From the human T2T-CHM13v2.0 reference genome, Homo sapiens, in the NCBI RefSeq assembly GCF_009914755.1, contig NC_060925.1: a DNA stretch of 64,000 nucleotides, one strand, 5' to 3'. Below the pieces are notes generated by a model that was not told the DNA's origin, did no database searches, and saw nothing but the letters and a program-made list of their open reading frames with translations. The translations under genes and the position numbers were made by a program. This document shows, one piece after another, positions 59,541 through 64,000 of this stretch (its first letter is position 1; the number at the start of each line of letters is the position of its first letter).

Positions 59541-60366
59541 ATATTAATGCAGGTATTTTGGCTTTTCATCGAATAGTATTTAGATGATGTATTTTTTTAA
59601 TCCATCATATTTAGTTTAATTAATTAATTTTTATGTTTAGGCTATTTATATTTGGTGTAACTCAAGGCTATCATTTTATTATATTTTGATTTTCTGTTTT
59701 CGGTTCCTCTCCTACTTTGTTTCCTTCTTTTAGATTATTTGAATAAATTCATTATTATATTTTAATTTATCTGCTTTCTTTTTTGGCTATATCTCTACTA
59801 TGATTTTTAGTACTTAAAGGAATTATAATATGCATATATAACATTTTGTAGTTCATTTAGGTAAGCTTTTACCACTTTAAGTAAAAAAAAAAAAAGAAAT
59901 CTCTCAGACAGATAATTCCTTAAACCTAACTACTTTGTATCACAGTTATGTATTATATGATGTATATTAAACTCCCTGACTATGCCATATTAGTTTTCTT
60001 TCAATGGGTGTAAATACTTTGAAGAACGTAGGCAGAGAAAAATATTATATTCACCCAGTTATTTGTCATTTCTGTTGCTTTTCCTTTATTTCTAAAATTC
60101 TGAGGTTCTCTGTAATATAATTTTCCTTTGCCCTAAAGACATTCTTTTAGTTTTTCTTTTAGAATAAATCTGTTGTAATTTTCTTCATTTTATAGTATCT
60201 TTGTAACACTTTCATTTCTGAAAAATATTTTTACTGGATATTGAATAATGGGTTGACAGTAATTTTTCTTCCATATTTTAAAGTTGTTTTTTACATTTTT
60301 TGTGTGGGTTGAAAAATGTGTAATAATTGAAATAGTTTCAAACAGTGACACATTTGTCATGTGTCT

Positions 60367-60431
60367 TTTTTGCATGTTCTACTTAGACATTGTTATGTCA
60401 TTTTTGCATGTTCTACTTAGGCATTGTTATG
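60367..60431. repeat. 34-bp-period tandem duplication
   Basis: TTTTTGCATGTTCTACTTAG(A/G)CATTGTTATG occurs twice. Confidence 0.9.
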
Positions 60432-60464
60432 GAACTTGAGCAGTGATACGATTTAGGTCAGTTC

Positions 60465-60737
60465 TTTTATTTTTTATTTTTTTTGAGTTTTGCTCTTGTC
60501 ACCCAGGCTGGAGTGCAATGGCATGATCTCAGCTCACTGCAACCCTGCCTGCTGGGTTCGAGTGATTCTCCTACCTCAGCCTCCCAAGTAGCTGGGATTA
60601 CAGGCATGTACCACCACGCCCAGCTGATTTTTGTATTTTTAGTAGAGATGGGGTTTCACCATGTTGGCCAGGATGGTCTCAATCTCTTGACCTCATGGTC
60701 CGCCCACCTCAGCCTCCCAAAGTGCTGGGATTACAGA
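60465..60737 (-). mobile_element. AluS truncated by the ERV9 integration
   Basis: Antisense Alu stops abruptly at '...gctgggattacaga', ~20 nt short of its 5' end. Confidence 0.93.
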
Positions 60738-61361
60738 TGAGATGTGAAGCCAGCTGGACTTCCTGTGTCCAGTGGGGAATTGGAGAACTTTTCTGTCTAG
60801 CTAAAGGTTTGTAAATGCACCAATGAGCACTCTGTTAAAATGCACCAATCAGCACTCTGTGTCTAGCTAAAGGTTTGTAAACACACCAATCAGCACTCTG
60901 TAAAAATACACCAATCAGCACTCTGTGTCTAGCTAAAGGTTTGTAAATGCACCAATCAGCACTCTGTAAAAACGCACCAATCAGCACTCTGTAAAATGGA
61001 TCAATCAGCAGGACATGGGTGGGGCCAAATAAGGGAATAAAAGCTAGCCACCAGAGCCAGCAGCAGAAAACCTGCACAGGTCCCCTTCCATGCTGTGGAA
61101 GCTTTGTTCTTTCACTCTTCACAATAAATCTTGCTGCTGCTCACGCTTTGGGGCTGCACTACCTTTATGAGCTATAACACTCACTGTGGAGGTCTGTGGC
61201 TTCACTTCTGAAGTCAGCAAGACCACAAACCCACCAGGAGGAACAAACAACTCTGGACGCACCACCTTTAAGAGCTGTAACACTCACCGTGAGGATCTGT
61301 GGCTTCATTCTTGAAGTCAGCAAGACCAAGAACCCACTGGAAGGAATAAATTCTGGACACA
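60738..61361 (+). promoter_or_regulatory. 5' LTR12: U3 tandem repeats with six CCAAT boxes, AATAAA promoter box (~61036), polyA signal (~61123), U5 repeats
   Basis: Begins TGAGATGTGAAGCCAGCTGG, ends GGACACA; repeats of CACCAATCAGCACTCTG. Confidence 0.9.
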
Positions 61362-61364
61362 TTT

Positions 61365-61382
61365 TGGTGCCTGAACAGGGAC
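61365..61382 (+). other. Primer binding site, tRNA-Lys(UUU)/Lys3 type
   Basis: TGGTGCCTGAACAGGGAC vs Lys3 PBS TGGCGCCCGAACAGGGAC: 16/18, both differences are CpG->TpG. Confidence 0.85.
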
Positions 61383-61391
61383 TATCACCAA

Positions 61392-61400
61392 GTGGTGAGT
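61392..61400 (+). promoter_or_regulatory. Probable major splice donor of the provirus
   Basis: GTG|GTGAGT just downstream of the PBS, a typical retroviral position. Confidence 0.6.
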
Positions 61401-62221
61401 ACCATCAGACCACTTTCACTTGCCATTCTGTCCTATTTTTCCTTAGAATTCAGGGGCTAAATACCAGGCACCTGTCGGCCAGTTAAAAGTGACTAGCATG
61501 GCTGCCAGACTAAAGACATGGGTGACAGGCTTTCTGGGAAAGGGCTCTCTAAAAACCCCCAAATCTTTGGAGTTTGGAGCATTGGTTTGCCTGGAACCAG
61601 CTTCCACTTTCCCTGTACTTCTGGACTGAGCCAAGGGTTGACAGAGAGGAAAGCCATTCAGCTTCGGGGTCCTGACAAGTTGGTTGACCTGCGGCCATGA
61701 GCAGAACTCTGAAAGTCACATCGCCCAAGCAAGACTCGCCCATCTAGCCTATCTATCTTGACCCTTGCCTCCTGAGTCCTAATGCTTGTCAGACAAACTT
61801 CCTCTCACCTCTCTTCTCTGAGGCTAGTCCCACTTCTAAAACCCACACCCTGTCTCTGGTGCTTTTCTAATTTCTCCTATAAGAGTGATTTCTAGTATAA
61901 ACTACAGGAGTCTATTCACTTCTTTAGGCACAAAATTTTTGCCCACAGCCCTGTTGGGGTAGGGGACTATCTTATCTGGAATTTTAGGATCCCTCCTCGA
62001 CTAGCAGGCCTAACAAAAGCTATTCCTGAAGACAGGATAGGGGGAGCCTCAGAAATGATATCCTTCCTATTCAAGTGAGGACAAAAGGCATTAAGCTTCC
62101 AACCCTGGAGATCCCTTCCCTCCCTCAGGGTATGGCCCTCCACTTCATTTTTTGGGGCATAACATCTTTATAGGACAGGGGTAAAGTCCCAATACTAACA
62201 GGAGAATGCTTAGGACTCTAA

Positions 62222-62378
62222 CAGGTTTTCAAGAATGCATTGGTAAGGGCCTCTAAATCCGATTTTTCTCAGTCCTCTTTGTGGTCTAGGAGGACAGGCA
62301 AGGGTGCAGGTTTTCAAGAATGCATTGTAAGGGCCACTAAATCCAGCCTTCCTTGGTCCTCCTTGTGGTCTAGGAGGA
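62222..62378 (+). repeat. Tandem ~85-bp repeat in the ERV9 pre-gag leader
   Basis: Two copies of CAGGTTTTCAAGAATGCATTG...TAAATCC...TTGTGGTCTAGGAGGA. Confidence 0.85.
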
Positions 62379-62507
62379 AAACTAGTGTTTCTGCTACTGT
62401 GTGGGTGAGCGCAACTATTCCAATCAGCAGGGTCCAGGAACAGTTGCGGGTTCTTGGGCAGGGGGAGAAACAAACAAACCAAACGTGCAGGCGGTTTTGT
62501 CTTTCAG

Positions 62508-63966
62508 ATGGGAAACACTCAGGCATCAACAGGCTCAGCCTTGAAATGCATCCTAAGCCATTGGGACCAATTTGACCCACAAACCCTGAAAAAGAGCTGG
62601 CTAATTTTTTTCTGCACTACAGCCTGGCCCCAATATTCCCTCTCTGATGGGGAAAAATGGCCACCTGAGGGAAGTATAAATTACAATACTATCCTGCAAC
62701 TTGACCTTTTCTGTAAGGGGGAAGGCAAATGGAGTGAAATACCTTATGTCCAAGCTTTCTTTTCATTGAAGGAGAATACACAACTATGCAAAGCTTGCAA
62801 TTTACATCCCACAGGAGGACCTCTCAACTTACCCCCATATCCTAGCCTCCCTATAGCTCCCCTTCCTATTAATGATAAGCCTCCTCTACTCTCCCCTGCC
62901 CAGAGGGAGACAAGCAAAGAAATCTCCAAAGGACCACAAAAACCCCCGTTCTATCAATTATGTCCCCTTCAAGCTGTAGGGGGAGGGGAATTTGGCCAAA
63001 CCTGGGTACATGCCCCCTTCTCCCTCTCTGATTTAAAGCAGATCAAGGTATATCTGGGGAAGTTTTCAGATGATCCTGATAGGTACATAGATGTCCTACA
63101 GGGTCTAGGGCAAACCTTCAATCTCACTTGGAGAGATGTCATGCTATTGTTAGATCAAACCCTGGCCTTTAATGAAAAGAATGTGGCTTTAGCTGCAGCC
63201 TGAGAGTTTGGAGATACCTGGTATCTTAGTCAAGAAAATGATAGAATGACAGCCAAAAGGGACAAATTCCCTACCAGTCAGCAAGCCATCCCCAGTATGG
63301 ATCCCCACTGGGACCTCAACTCAGATCAGGGGGACTGGAGTTGTAAACATCTGTTGACCTGTGTTCTAGAAGGACTTAGGAGAATTAGGAAAAAGCCCAT
63401 GAATTATTCAGTGATGTCTACCATAACTCAGGGAAAGGAAGAAAATCCTTCTGCCTTCCTCGAGTGGCTATGGGAGGCCTTAAGAATATATACTCCCCTG
63501 TCACCTGACTCACTAGAGGGTCAATTGATCCTCAAAGATAAGTTTACTACCCAATCAGCAGCAGATATCAGGAGAAAGCTCCAAAAGTGAGCCCTGGGCC
63601 CTGAACAAAATCTGGAGGCATTATTAAACCTGGCACTGTAAGTGTTCTATAATAGGGACCAAGAGGAACAAGCCCAAAAGGAAAAGCAAGATCAGAGAAA
63701 GGCCGCAGCCTTAGTCATGGCCCTCAGACAAACAAACCTTGGTGGTTCAGAGAGGACAGAAAATGGAGCAGGCCAATCACCCAGTGGGGCTTGTTACCAG
63801 TGTGATTTGCAAGCACACCTTAAAAAAGATTGTCCAACAAGAAACAAGCTGCCCCCTCGTCCATGTCTGCAATGCTGAGGCAATCACTGGAAGGAACACT
63901 GACCCAGAGTGCAATGGGTTCTCTGGGTCAGAAGCCCCCAACCAGATGATCCAACAACAGGACTGA
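62508..63966 (+). pseudogene. gag: ERV9 gag (MA-CA-NC) with in-frame stops; first 231 codons open
   Basis: MGNTQAS...[19 protein letters not shown]; PPYP; major homology region ITQGKEENPSAFLE; CCHC knuckle CYQCDLQAHLKKDC; ends QMIQQQD*; stops at 63201, 63588, 63639, 63876, 63900 and a frameshift near the 3' end. Confidence 0.93.
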
Positions 63967-64000
63967 GGGTGCCCGGGGAAAACGCCAGCTAATGTCGTCA

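Larger units (their letters stand above)
60738..64000 (+). mobile_element. ERV9/HERV9 provirus, 5' part (continues beyond the window)
   Basis: LTR12, primer binding site, ~1.1 kb leader, gammaretrovirus-like gag, start of pro. Confidence 0.93.

Noticed and set aside
60795-61345. Regularly spaced repeats superficially resembling a CRISPR array
   Set aside because: Standard LTR12 U3 and U5 tandem repeats; no unique spacers, no cas genes, and primate context

Overview
AT-rich primate (most likely human) genomic DNA made up almost entirely of transposable elements. I see no supportable host gene, RNA gene or CRISPR array, and nearly all ORFs in the track are repeat-derived. From left to right: an old L1MA with a twin-priming inversion, MIR/L2 relics, a complete MSTA (MaLR) provirus with a 5-bp target-site duplication (TSD), a full-length ~8 kb L1MA2-like element with its TSD, TA-rich microsatellites and palindromes, an L1PA16-like 3' fragment, and a near full-length Hsmar1 mariner nested in an old L1. 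From ~49 kb there is a dense ERV1 LTR cluster (solo LTR12, MER4-type, three LTR8-family LTRs), ending in the 5' part of an ERV9/HERV9 provirus (LTR12, primer binding site, leader, gag, start of pro) that runs off the window. I did not find a convincing new biological system. The most interesting observations are a tRNA-Lys3-type (HIV-like) primer binding site on the ERV9 provirus, a 231-codon open gag N-terminus bracketed by splice signals, a SETMAR-like D->N change in the Hsmar1 copy, and an unexplained CpG-rich G-tract inside an old L1. Subfamily names are from recalled consensus sequences and need RepeatMasker/Dfam confirmation.
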